Assembly: GCA_965285935.1 (NCBI GenBank)
Contig: OZ260663.1
Span: 100,812,001-100,876,000 of the forward strand
Reading direction: 5' to 3'
DNA from: Ophelia neglecta
Lineage: Eukaryota
DNA: 64,000 bases
The notes under the pieces are model-generated. The model saw only the letters and a list, made by a program, of their open reading frames with translations. It was not told the origin of the DNA and ran no database searches. Positions 25,911-38,952 of this stretch are shown piece after piece. A program made the position numbers and the translations under genes. The number at the start of each line of letters is the position of its first letter. Positions within the stretch are counted from its first letter, which is position 1.

Positions 25911-28900
25911 TCCGTAGGAATAATCGGGAGTAATTCTCCGCCATGCTCGGCATCATTTTGTTCCTTGCCTCCACCATGTACTCGGCACCTGGTGCACATA
26001 TGACACGATTTCTTCCTACGTCTGTAAAAGTTCCAAAATGTGATAAGTGATAAGTGTATATTCTAAAATCCGTTAGGAGAAATAGCCATGAGATCTTAAT
26101 CAGATGACATTTCTGCGAAAAGTTTGCCATATTTACAAGCATTTTTTTGATATTTGGGTCCGGTGTGCTCTAAAGGCAAATAACATTCGTATTTATATTA
26201 AATGGTCAAACAGACTGCATTTAAAATCTTTAATAATTCTTTATGCAGTGTACCTTGCAATAGACAGTCAATACTCTTGTATTATTGCCTAAATATATCA
26301 TATTGTTACCTCAGAACAACAAATATCAGGACGCCAGCAGCTAGTGCGATCAGGACTACACAGGCAACGACAATTCCAGCTATATGTCCAGAACCCAGCT
26401 CGATGATAGTTTGTGGGTCGTTGGTGGCCACTAACGTCGAAGTGCTAACTATGAATTCATTGAACCAAGTCGTTCCTTTAGACGTGATTTCCGGGATAGG
26501 CGCAATAGTCGTACTCGGTTTATGGGACTGAGTTGGCTTTACTGACGTTGTTGTCGATGAAATAGACATTTCAGTTGAAGGAACTGCAGAGGAAGGAACA
26601 AAAGAATTCACAATACATGCTCCGAATGAAACACTCATGATGAAAGAGGTAAGACACTTATGAATAGGACGTTGTCGAAGTGCAATCATTTTTTTTCCAG
26701 TAATGCTATGTGTTGAAGGCATTGCCTTATGTAAAACGTTAGGCGCATCATCTTACATGCGCATTGTGTGATTAAAAATTGGTTCTGTTCAAATATAAGT
26801 ATGATTGTACTGGCTAAACGCCTGCTTTGTTCTGTTGCTAATAGCCCATTGCTTCAGCCAGTGGTTACCTTCAAGTGATTCTTGGGTGATCGGTTCAGTG
26901 CAAATATTACATGCAACAAGAAATGTGTACACAGAACCGATCACCAAGGGATTGCCTGAAAATAATCACTGGCCGAAACAATAGGTTACACCACTAAGTA
27001 AGCTTTACGTATCTAAACACATTTATCGATGTGGTTTGTATAGGAGAAATACTAGAATCCGGCGTTCAATGCTGGCTTGACGATTTCGGCCTGACTTTTC
27101 TAGATTATGAATTGGTTTCGCTTGCCGGGTGTCCATTCCCTTTTTTATAGTGTCCTGCGATGTAACATGTTGTATGTATTAATATCATTTACGTAAATTT
27201 GTGCAGTAAGGATCTGTCGATTTTGGTTGCATGAAGGTGAAGGTTTCGGGATAAGATTGGACAATTTAATGACTATATTCTTGATGACATTATCCTTGGG
27301 ACGTACGTTTGTTGGTACACTTTTCGTTTTTATTAATATAGTCATAAGTTCTTCATATTACCAGTTATATTCGTTGACACGGCCTATTTATTCGTGTCAA
27401 TAGTGCAGTTTAAATTGTAAATATCCCTTGTACTTTGATTCTTAGACGCAGACATCCATAAGCATGTATGAGACCTGCGTAATGTTATAACTACTGACCA
27501 TCATAGCTAGGTCTGAGATAGGTCAAATATCTTCAATCTTTAGCCACAATTATGTGAGAGTTTAGTTCATCAAAGACTCGCCAAAGGCGTATTTCATCTT
27601 TGACCTAGATTGAACATTGACAAGGGGGTTTTGTGCAGTGACTCGCACCATAGAAAATGTATAACCAGATCCCATTACAAGATATGTCAAATTATTTCCT
27701 CTTAATATTTTCGTTAAGAGCTTATTTACTATTTAGGAGCTTTCGATAGATCTTTTCAGCCTTCACCTGGAGGTTTCTGATTGTTTCTGACCGATTTGAT
27801 TGTATATTCTTGATTAATGCTGAGACTTCCTCCGTCGAGAATACTCTCCTGTCTTATCAGTATGTTGCAGTCATTCTCCTGATCATAGCTTATAATGAAT
27901 GGCTTATAATGAGATCAACTACGATGAATGGCAAATACTACAAAAAGATCAAGCTGATGCATGTGAGTAGATCTTATCATTGGGGGTGCTTATTTTCCCT
28001 TGGTATTTAACACAATTTAATTATCCTGCTTATCAGAAAGCAAATGGACAGGTGAAAATCATCTATGTAAGCAACTGTTAAATGCTTGAAATGAGCTATT
28101 TGATAAAATACTTGTATTTGATATTTCAGCTTCCACAAACCCCGTGCCTATGTTAGTTAGGTTTTACTTAAGTGCATCCTCGCGAGCTCCCTCCAACCAG
28201 TCTATGATGCCTTCATGGTTGATGCTAGTTGGATTGTACATTACTAATTAATGAAACAATATGACTATTTACCTGTCTTGGTTATGGCTTCCAAAGCGCT
28301 CTTCTCGTAAGTGTATCTATACGCCCCTTCTACTTTATTGCCATTTGATTGTACCCTGTAGGCAGCTAGGTCAAACTGGTACCGTGTGTCGGGCTGAAGT
28401 TCGGATACAGTCGCCTGTTGCCATTCGTTGTGGCTGTAAGGCACGTCAGCTCCCAGTGACCATCCCCCTGATGACGTGGTATACAGTCTGTAGTATATAC
28501 GGTATCCGATGTAAGGGGCGGCTCTGTCTGAGATGTCTTTCCGACTCTCCTTCCACCTCCAGGTCACAGAGTCAGCGTTCACTGATACCGGGCTCGTCTG
28601 AACGTAATCAGAAATGCCAAACTGCATCTTGGCTGAACAAATTTTAAAATATATAAGGATTGCAGTAATACGGAAATAAAATAATAATAATAATGGTTTG
28701 CTTATAAGAACTAATTAGCCATCTACAATATGCCGTACGTATTCTGACGTCACACTGGTCCCCTGCCAGCTAATCTTCGTTGTTGTCGTAGTAACAGGCT
28801 TCACACGCGCCGTTCTGCTGGTCACATACACGCTTACACCGGGAGTTACATCCCTGGCGACAGTCAGATTGGTAGAACCCACAAGGACAATCTAACAACA

Positions 28901-31900
28901 GCATTAATATAATCAGTTAACGTTCAATCAGACAAAAAGGAATTTATATCAACAGCAAGAACCTTAAAAACTCAATTTAAATGTTTGGAGTATGTTATCA
29001 CTGAGAATTATAACTACAAAATTCAGTTCTTGCATGAAGTATGGACTTAAATATTAATTTATAATACCAAAGTGACATTACCAGATGTCGTCTTCTCCGA
29101 TGTACTTCTAATGGACACTTTATCTGATGTGAGGACTGAGAGAAAGACAGTAGATGATGGCTTGGGAGGTGCGATTGCTGTAGTCACTGATATACCAGAT
29201 GTTTCCTTTTCATCTGAATTATATAATGTGTATCAATGAGCGCGCTGTATGAGGTAATAAAGGTATGTTCATTTATCTTTAAACAATCTTATTTTGCAAT
29301 TCCCAGTAAATCAGAAAGTCTGCTGTCTATTGGTTATTACCAGACATTGTCCATGCTGGGATACTTCTTAAACTGGTCTGTTCCGATGTTACAGAAAATG
29401 TGGACACATCTTCTATGCCAATCGTAGTAGTAGTGGTTGGTGCACGCGTCGTTATACCAGCAACTGAAAGTTGAACAAACGAAATGCCAGGCGTACGTTT
29501 CGTGTATTCATTGATAAATTTATATGTACCAAAAAATATTGCCATAATATATACAGGTACTGGCTGTGAGAGAATTTTCGTATCTGATAAATTGTGTATT
29601 TCTTGCCAACTTAAAATGTGACGGTGGCTTGCTTTATACTAATCAAATCAAAATGTTTCACCAGACAATGTCCGTGCATCCAGATACGACGCTTGGTACT
29701 TATAGTATGTTTCCAGACTTTCTACTCTCTGTCCAGTGGAGTGGATCCTGTACACAGCCATATCAAACTGATACCTAGTGCCAGCCCGTAACCCTGATAC
29801 AGTTCCCTGCTGCCAGTCTGTTTTGTTGTATTTGACGTCAGCTCCCAGTGTCCAACCCTCCAATGACGGTATGGTATGCATCCTGTAGTATATACGGTAT
29901 CCGATGTAAGGCGCAGCGCTGTCCGAGATGGGATGAAGACCTTCCCTCCATCTCCAGGTTACCGAGTCAATGCTAACAGATAGAGGGGTCTTATCAACCA
30001 CGTCAGACCCTCCAAACCGCATAACGGATGAAAAAAAATATGTGTGGTTGTCATATTGCTTGTTAATAGTAGCACAAACATTATTCATAACACGGTTGAA
30101 ATTTTTGGTTGATTTATCTCCAATTTGTAAGGTAAACTAATCTTCTGCTGAAGAAGACTATTATAGTTAAAAAGATACCTGTAATCAAAAGGTGTAATGC
30201 AAGCTTAGAGACCCATAGTATATTTAGTGTGCTGGTTGCTTACGTATAATGATCTCACACTGGTCCCCTACTCGCCAGTCACCACTCACATAGAAGTCAC
30301 AATCAGTACAAGCCCCGCTCTCCCGGTCACAGCCATCCTTACACAGGTTGTTACACCGTCTTGTACAGGCAGGGCCGTAATAAGAAACCGGGCATTCTGA
30401 TAAATATACATTGCAATTGTCTTATATTTATTCAATATTTTATTTAAAAAATAATAGTGTACTTTCATTGCAATTAAGGGGTATAAGTGGAAATATCCTA
30501 CCTGTATAGTTCGTTGTGGTATTAAGGGCAAATCCCCTTGACATGTAATATGTGTTGCCACTTTCTACTGGCTCTTTATCAGTCATTTTCCTGTAGACAG
30601 CCAGATCAAACTGGTATCTTGTCCCTGGCTGTAGTCCTGATACAGTTCCCTGCTGCCACTCTGTGTTAGAGTAAGGAACGTCGGCACCCATTGTCCACCC
30701 CTCTGATGACGTTGTATACAGTCTATAATACATATTGTACCGGATATAGGGAGCGGCTCTGTCTGAGATGTCTGTAGTTTCTTTCCATCTCCACGTGACC
30801 GAGTTTGTGCTCACTGACACCGGACTAGACGGGACCTCGTCCTGAAGGCCGAAATTCATCTTTGCTAGTAAAATGAGAATAAATCACTTTGAAACAAAGG
30901 AGGTATTTTCTTGAAATTATGTTTATATTTGCTTCATTTTTTGCATACAACGAGTCGAGTGCGAAAAAACAACAAATTCCGAGTTAGTTACAAAGACGAT
31001 ATATATTGATAGTTAACACTCACGTATAATGATATCACACTGGTCCCCTGTCAGCCAATAACCCGTCCCCTGGATACCACAGCCATCAGTACACACCCCG
31101 CGGTCAATAACACACAGTCTGACCTTACACTCAGGGTTACAGACGGCATCGCATTCAGTGGCATCCCTGCAGTCTGGAAGCAAACAAAATCATGTGGATG
31201 TTTAGTTGTATCTGATTTGCGTCCGCTGGAACACTGATCTCCAAGATTATTAATACACTGATAACATATGCCACGTGTAAAATCGCATTGGATTCAACTA
31301 CACACACCAAGGAACTGTGTGAATACATTTCAAAAGTTAAGCATGGTAACATCCCTAGTTTTCCGCATTGTTTTAATATGTATGTATTAATGAACTGTTA
31401 TGTTTGCCCTTCTAAAGAAAGATTTTATTCGTTACTATATTTTGCTTGCCTATTTTAGGGTGCACCTCATCAAATATAACGCATGCAGGACTTTGCTCAT
31501 TTACTACCGGAATAAACAGGAACATGTCTGTCGGGCAGATCGCTGCCGACTGGGATGAAAATAAAGTACTAGCGTATAAAGAGTTTTCTTTATTTCCTTA
31601 AGCACCTGCAATGTCCAGAAATTGAAAAAAAGAAACCATTAACAATCCTTCATCCGCCCCTAGACCCCTTTTGACTATGCCCCTCCCTTAACTCCCTCCT
31701 GCTCTCCAAACCACCCCGACTTTTTCTTCTCTGACCATCATCCTCCTCCCCTCCCCAATAGTTTTTATTATCTAAAGCCAATGTCAAGTGCAAAGAAAGC
31801 AACAAAACTCAACACCAGCCTAGATCTTGTCACCCCCATGAGTCAGTTATTTTTATTACTGATCAGCATGCAATAACCTAAAATGTCTTATAACATTACT

Positions 31901-32747
31901 GGCGCTTATAGCTCCAGTTTGTCTTGCCTAAATTGGAACAATGTTTTTTTTACACAGAATAAAATAAGAAATCACAGCTTAGTTTGGATAGAACTACATG
32001 ACAGTGTAGTGACCCCCCCCCCCCCCAAAAAAAAAAAAAACACTTTTATTGTATTCTTTCTTTCTCAAAACAGTAGAAAACACCTATAATGAAAAGAAAT
32101 GGCAAAAAGAAAAGAAAGATCTACACATTTTAAGCATTAATTGTTCATCGTTGCCTTGGCAGCTAATCCATTTAAGGTAATAATTTTTCCAGTATTTCGC
32201 TCACGAGAGCAGTGGTTTTAATTTCGTAACTCGAGTAGTAGCAGTAATAACTATCTGAAAGATTTCCCTAAATATTGCCAAGTCTAATATGAATGAAGAA
32301 TGAAAATATCATTCAATGCCTCAGGAAGATGCTTGTTTACGGCTAGCACGAGGCCAAATACATTCCCCCTTTTATTTCTTTGAAAAAGGTGGGGGCATAA
32401 AATAGCATGGAAATAAACAAGAACTGCAAATGCCGTACCGGTAGGCGGCAGGCACGGAGGCAATAATGCTGATATCTGAATTTCTCTAATCTTAAGCACA
32501 TTAAGTACACGTGTACAATCTGATAGTATTCCAAGTTTCAAGTTTGCATAATGCCACACACATTAAAATGTTTTACCGCTAATACAAGAGTCGAGTCTAT
32601 TATTATGATGGTTTGTACCACGATAACAAAAAACTTTGATGAAGAGCGCGTCCTACATTGCTCTGGAGTAGTTTAAAACAATGATTTACCTTCTGTGTTC
32701 GCCAAGGCAAGGAAAAGCATAGACAGACATATCTTCATAGCCGCCAT
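19563..32747 (-). pseudogene. Copy 2: three-module (EGF-FN3)x3 RPTP paralog with multiple disabling lesions
   Basis: Exons: 32690-32747 signal peptide; 31024-31173 EGF; 30502-30864 FN3; 30244-30396 EGF; 29662-30027 FN3; 29341-29463 and 29082-29213 S/T; 28739-28891 EGF; 28273-28632 FN3; 26310-26583 TM; 25903-26021; 25345-25637; 24835-24922; 24556-24632; 24287-24326; 24072-24169; 23662-23790; 22919-23064; 22613-22743 (broken); 22243-22389; 21914-22010; 21531-21604; 20989-21123; 20567-20701; 20210-20367; 19944-20079; 19563-19637. Lesions: acceptor AG>AT at 30028; TGG>TAG at 28770-28772; AAA>TAA at 25561-25563; a deletion of about 30 bp removing the acceptor and first bases (end of the Ser codon, Ala codon) of the catalytic P-loop exon near 22744. 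Confidence 0.85.
26845..26985. repeat. Long imperfect inverted repeat (MITE-like hairpin) in a copy 2 intron
   Basis: 64-bp arms (26845-26908 and 26922-26985) match at about 48 of 64 positions without gaps, around a 13-nt loop. Confidence 0.8.
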
Positions 32748-32969
32748 CTTTCCTAGGTATTAAACCTTAAAGGAGTTCTCGAGGTGAAATGTTTAGCTGT
32801 ATTCCTTGTTTATTCACTTTATCAAAGCGTATTGGACCTGCAGTTATTACTTGTGTATAGGAAGATGTCGGTAGAACCGAGAATATGGCTTGGTGCTTTC
32901 CCTGTCATCAGGTATCATGCAGGTATTAAAGCCACTAATATTCTGCTGACCATATACTCTGCATAAAGG

Positions 32970-32979
32970 GGGAGATTCC
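32970..32979. promoter_or_regulatory. Possible NF-kB/Rel site upstream of copy 2
   Basis: GGGAGATTCC fits GGGRNNYYCC and lies about 225 bp upstream of the ATG. Motif match only. Confidence 0.25.
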
Positions 32980-33024
32980 CAACTTCCTCGTTCGTGGCGT
33001 CGATCCTACATATCTAGAACCCTC

Positions 33025-35420
33025 CATGCACCAAATCTCTGTAAGGGTATACTGCGCTGGAGCCAATGACATGCCTGGGCGCTTTGCCTTAAATATTGTT
33101 GAGAAATCTCAAGGCCGGATCCTTAAATCTTGAGACGGCTTAAGGTCTCAGACAGGGAGTAGATACCCTTCCTAAAAGCTTGCCTCCTTTTATAAGCTAA
33201 GGAGAATGGGACATATCTCAAGGGTGGGGTGGGGGGGGAAGGCATACAGAAAACCTGACATTTGTTGGAGATAAAAGACATAGCTACGAGATACGAGCAA
33301 TTTAAAAGTTAGCTTTAAAGATAAGGTTTGGAGTTGGAGTTAGGATCAAAAATTGGATTTTTTTTACTTAAGGTGTTAACATAACCCTGCTAGTAGCCCT
33401 ATCATAACCCATACTTAACTAATGGTTATCGTATGTGTGTATCTTGCATTTCTCTCACATCTCGTATCAGGTTTTACTATCTACCGTCTCCTCCTCGCAC
33501 GAGGACTATCGGCCTCAGTCCGCCCCTGTAAACACCATACAGGTAATCTGACAGCATTCAAGGCCACCCAGTTATGTTTACATGTGGCAATAATAATCTT
33601 TGGAAATGTGTCATATGTCTGCATTACAGCTAAGGACAACGTACTCATAATGATAATAGGTCCCAACGGTAGTCAATAAACCATGTCTTTCAGCGCTGTA
33701 TTTACAGTTTGAGATCGCCGAGTGTTAGTTTAAACAGTTGATAATACGCCTCTTACAAGTTCTACCGTGTATCAACAAGTCTCTACGCAAGTGATATCTC
33801 TACAAGATGAATATTTTTTGGATTGTCTAACGTTTATATTGTCACACTATGTACAAGTACCGTATATATCTATACGATATTAGTATAGGCAATAAAGCCT
33901 GCATATCAGCATTGATGCTCCGAGTAACAGCCAGCACGCACCACAGTAATATGTCCTCGCGAAGCAAATCGTAATATTTAATGCATTATTTCTGATATTT
34001 GCCTACTGCGAGCTATTCTAGAATAAACCCAATACAATCTCATTCAGCCAACAACGATAAACCGTTCAACTCCACATTGTTGGTCTCAAGTGCTGAAATA
34101 GAACAAAAACCTTATAAGTGCTGCAAATGGCTGCTAAACATACCAAGGGTAACTGTTTCATAGCGGCTATATTAAAACAGAAATTGTCGCAGTCCCGATT
34201 CCCTTTCTTATGCTACGGGCTTCTTTTTTTTTTGGTATTAGCAGTTTTGCTCCCCCTGTCGGCAATCTTCAATTCACCGATCAAATAATACAACTTGCAT
34301 GCATCAAACATGAGAAGCCTCCAGGCACCAAATCTCTGTTAGTGTATACCCCGCTGGAGCCGATGACACGCCTGGGCGCTTTGCGTTTAATACGATTAAG
34401 AATCTCAAGGACGGATCCTTGTATCTTGACACGGTTTAGGTCCCAGACAGGATGTATATACCCTTTCTATAAGCTGGCCTACTTTTACACGCAAAGGAGG
34501 ATTTGGCATATGCAGTATAACCTGACATATTCTGTAGATAAAAGACACAGCTACGACATAGGAGTACTTTAAAAGTTAGCTATATTGTTTAGGTTTGGAG
34601 CAGATGTTAGGATCAAGGAGGGATTTTTTTTTACTGAGGGAGTTAGCATAACCCTATCACTAGCCCTTTCATAACCAAACTTCAGGTTTCCGTATATGGG
34701 TACTTTGCATTTCTCTCGCATCTCATATCAGATTTTGCCATCTGCTGCCTGGAAAGTATCCTCCTATCAAAAGGATTATCGGTCTAAGTCCGCCCCTGTC
34801 TACACCATAAAGGGGATTTCACAACATTCAATGTAACCCAGTTATGTTTACATGTGGTAATAACAATCTAGAAATGTCTGCAATAAAGCCTGCGACTCAC
34901 AGGAAACGTTCGCTTTAGCCCCCGGGTAGTCAATAAACCATGTCTATCAGTGCTGTATTTACAGTTTGAGATCGCCGAGTGTTAGTTTAAACAGTTGACA
35001 ATACGCTTCTTACAAGTTCTACCGGGTATCAGCAAGGACTCCGCAAGTTATATCTCTACAAGATGAATATTTCTAGATTTTCTAACATTTATATCATCAC
35101 TGTATTTGAGTGTACCAGGTAAATCTACATAGTATTAGTTAAGTCAATCAGGCCTGCATCTCAGCCTTGATGTTCGTTGAAACTGCCCGCACCCGCCCCA
35201 AGTAACTCCTCAAAGCCCAGCAAATCTTAATTATTAAAACATTATTTCCCAATATTTGCCTCACGCAAATTTTTTTATATTAAGCCCAAAATAGTCTCAT
35301 TCAGCCAACAACGATAAACCGTTCAACTGCATTTTTGTTCGTCTCAAGTACTTGAATAAGCAAAAACCTTTATAAATGCCACAAATGGCTGATAAACACA
35401 CCAGGATAACTGCCTCATAG
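33025..35420. repeat. Diverged tandem duplication (about 1.3 kb period) of the upstream region of copy 2
   Basis: GCACCAAATCTCTGT at about 33028 and 34325; TGTATTTACAGTTTGAGATCGCCGAGTGTTAGTTTAAACAGTTGA at about 33697 and 34954; TCTCATTCAGCCAACAACGATAAACCGTTCAACT at about 34038 and 35295. Confidence 0.85.
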
Positions 35421-38400
35421 CTGAACACAATACCCTACAGTCTTGAATTAATCTAGTATTTCAGTACTACTTACGTGGCCAAGTGTTAGGCAAAGCCTCT
35501 ATGCGTGAATGTCGGCCTTTGTTAATCCAAATATCTGTGTGTTTCCCACCAAGATATATATTCACGTGAGATATATTTTCAGATTTTACATCAATAGTTT
35601 CACGGTCTTGACAAGCAGTGGCATTTTTTTTTATCTCAATAAATATATTTATGTACATTATAATATAATTTAATAACGTGCCTGATCTCGACATTGTAAA
35701 TGCAGTGATAAGGTATGTTTTCTTCTGGCATCATTCATGCCAAATTTCGGAAATAATATGGTAAATAAACGATAAAAGCAGGGTTTTTATAAGTTAATTG
35801 TATTTTTGTAAGATGCCGAGCTGTATAAACTTTTATAATATCGAATCTTAATGAAGCTTCTTATATATTAATAAGAAATAACACTGAAAACGAGTTACAG
35901 TGACCCCAGGGAAGCTCCTACCTGGTACACCGTATATACCAAGGGGAATGTAAATATCAAACTTGTGGTGAATGAAATGCAGACGACATTCCTGTTTACA
36001 CACGTTGTATATACAGTATGGTTTTCCTTGTATCATATAAACATAACGGGAAGGCCCCCGTGTGTGTGTGTTGGGGGGGGGGGGGGCATTATTCAGGTGT
36101 GTGCATGGTGTTAGAGGATATCGTGTTGTCAACCCAGCATCAGGTGATTAAAAACGTTATTTTGTGTCTTTGCGCAACTGTCTTAAACTATAATATTAAT
36201 GTATTTTATTGTCATTCCCATGATACATGATAAATATACAAACATATATAGTTTTAAGGAAACTAAGTCTAGCTTTTAATGGCCTTTGTAATTAATTACT
36301 ATAGATGTGTATTACTATAATAAACATGTATAGAGTTAATGATTAACCCTCTATAACATGGGCGCAGGAGAACGCAGGAGAACGCAGGATGTGAATTCGC
36401 ACAGTTTACACTGTAAACATTAGGTCGACCATTCTATAATGCAATTGCAGGTGTCATTCAATAGTAGATGTTTTATTAAAGCTTAACTTAGTTGCTGAAA
36501 AGATATTCCTGTGCATATTTCGAAATTTGTGGCCTATGTGCGATCAAGTGATTTCTGTCTGATTTAACCAAAACAAAAACACATGTAATACTGAAATTGC
36601 TGACCCAGGGTTATGATGGCTTTAACGTTTAAGACGGCCATTTAACTAATTTACAGATACATGTTCCGTCAATTTATTCAATTATGACGTACGTCTTGAG
36701 TATTTGTGGAATGCAATCAAGGATACCATCCATATAGAACTCACTCTTAGACTGTTTATATTGTGGTTCATGTTGCTATTATGTTACGCCTTGGTGGTTA
36801 AAGATGGCGCTCATCTCAGGGCTAGGGGCCATGTGCATCTGCTTCATACTGATATAACATCAAATGCAGCAGTGGCCCATGTTCGCATAGTTCTAACATC
36901 AATTATCCTCATTAGTATGATATTATTTTAAATAAGTCTCTTCTCTTGTGTTTTCGAGACAATTTCATGTATGTTCCAAGGATTAAGAGAGAGCTAAGCC
37001 CATGGTAACTTGTCCTAGGGTTTATCTTATATTTGTCCTACGTTGGACACTGACTCTTTGTGTTCGGTACTCTGAGTAACACCATGGGGAATTGTGTACT
37101 ATTTCTCATTAAAAGTGTTGATCAGCATTTTTTTTTATAACCGTCGTAACCAGCCTATTTAACCTTATGGAGCTTGAAACTAATATATTTGGAGGATTGC
37201 GGGTGATGGCATGTTGGTGAGTTCAAGACAATTTAATGGAATACTCTGTTAAAACGATTTTCTTTGTCGGCTGGTTTGCCATCCCCGGCTTTGTTTACAC
37301 ATATGATACGTAAATGCAACCATACGAAATTCTACTTTAGTGGAATATTTATAAATTGCTATGAGATCCATGTAGGCCTCCGGTTTAGCCCAGAAACCAT
37401 ACTGTGTTAGCCTCGATAGTTTCAACATTGGTCTGCTTTTAGGTTCTATCTCTAATAAATTGATGTCAGTTAATTAAAGTACTCGGACAAGGACGAAACT
37501 TAGTGTGTTCCAGTGGGCTCCGGACCAACACGCCCTGATTTTTAATTTGAGAGCGTTGTTGTTAGCATAAGCAGCCGTGCTTGCTGAACTCACCGCAATT
37601 AATAACTCCCTGTGATGAATAATTCTAGATTTTTCACCTTCATTTCAGCAATTAAACAGTTAAGCTTGACAGGTGTTAGTGTGATCAGTCAGGCCTACAT
37701 CGCTGTTTGTACGTCGAAACAGCAAGAACGTAACCTTATTTTTAGAAAAAAGAACATTATTTTCTAGTGTACGCCCAAGTTAGTTTATAGTAATTAAATA
37801 ATACAATCAAATCAAACAATTAAAGATACCTTTTTGTGGAACCATTCATGTGTGTTTTAGCGCCTCAAATGGGGCTATACAAACCTTCATAAAAGCTATA
37901 AATGATTGCTAAGCAGACACAGGCCAACCGACACAGGCAATGCTATCACATTTACTCTACCGCTAAGAATGTATACTTTGTCAAAAATATACTATGATAC
38001 TTATTCAACCCGGATGGTACCAAAAATTTGAGACCAGAGTCATGGCCTATAAGATGATCGCTGCCAATTTCCTAAACTATAAGGAATCAAAGTTGAATAA
38101 TTCATTGCAAAGATGTTGGTTAGGGTTTCATAAATCATGGAAATCTACTGAAGAAACGTTTAAACAAATGTGCATAAATATTACAAGATTTTAAAATATA
38201 CATATATTATTCATATGTACATTCTACTAACAGTTGTTTAATGAATAACAAACTATGAGAATTTATCATGATGCCCTAGTCCTCGATCCTTGGGCTTGGT
38301 CCTGGCCTTCACGCAGATTATATCAACAGCTGTCCTGGTAAATAAACGATCTAGAAAGTTTTCACGTGTTTTGTAATGTCTTGACTGTTGTGTAAGGCAC

Positions 38401-38952
38401 TGTGAATCGCTTATCTTATCCAAGTAGAAATATACGCCTCAAGCGAGTAGAACGGTTACACACAGCTGGGCATGTGGGAAGTCACCTAATTTATCATAAA
38501 ACATTGTGTTTGGAACTTGTTCTTTACTGAAGGTGATGCATGTAGATCACATATTAAGCACTTACGCGATGAATTCACTTGTACACCGCGGTATTCAAAA
38601 CTTGTCAACTGAAGCAAACTTGAGTATGTCAATATCTTAATGCCAAGGCCAATTTATTTACTCAACAATAGGGTATTATTGCCAAAGCTAAGCGAACAGT
38701 AGGGTTACAAACCAACCGGAGGCCATCTCCAAAGCAGTTCCCCTTTATATTTTAGTTGACTTACTATTAACCTGTATGTTTGAAGAAGAAAAAATGCAAT
38801 ACTGTGTGAACTATTTATGTTATATTTATTCCGTCCATCAAATCAAAACCATATGTTACATAAGTTTATTATTATGTCAGTCTCATTAAACTAATAATAA
38901 TAAGTTTATATTTGCTTGATTACTAGTTTGAATATAATATTACTGAATGTAA

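Noticed and set aside
36325-36392. Short palindrome, TTAACCCT and (ACGCAGGAGA)n resembling a piggyBac-type end
   Set aside because: No matching opposite end was found.
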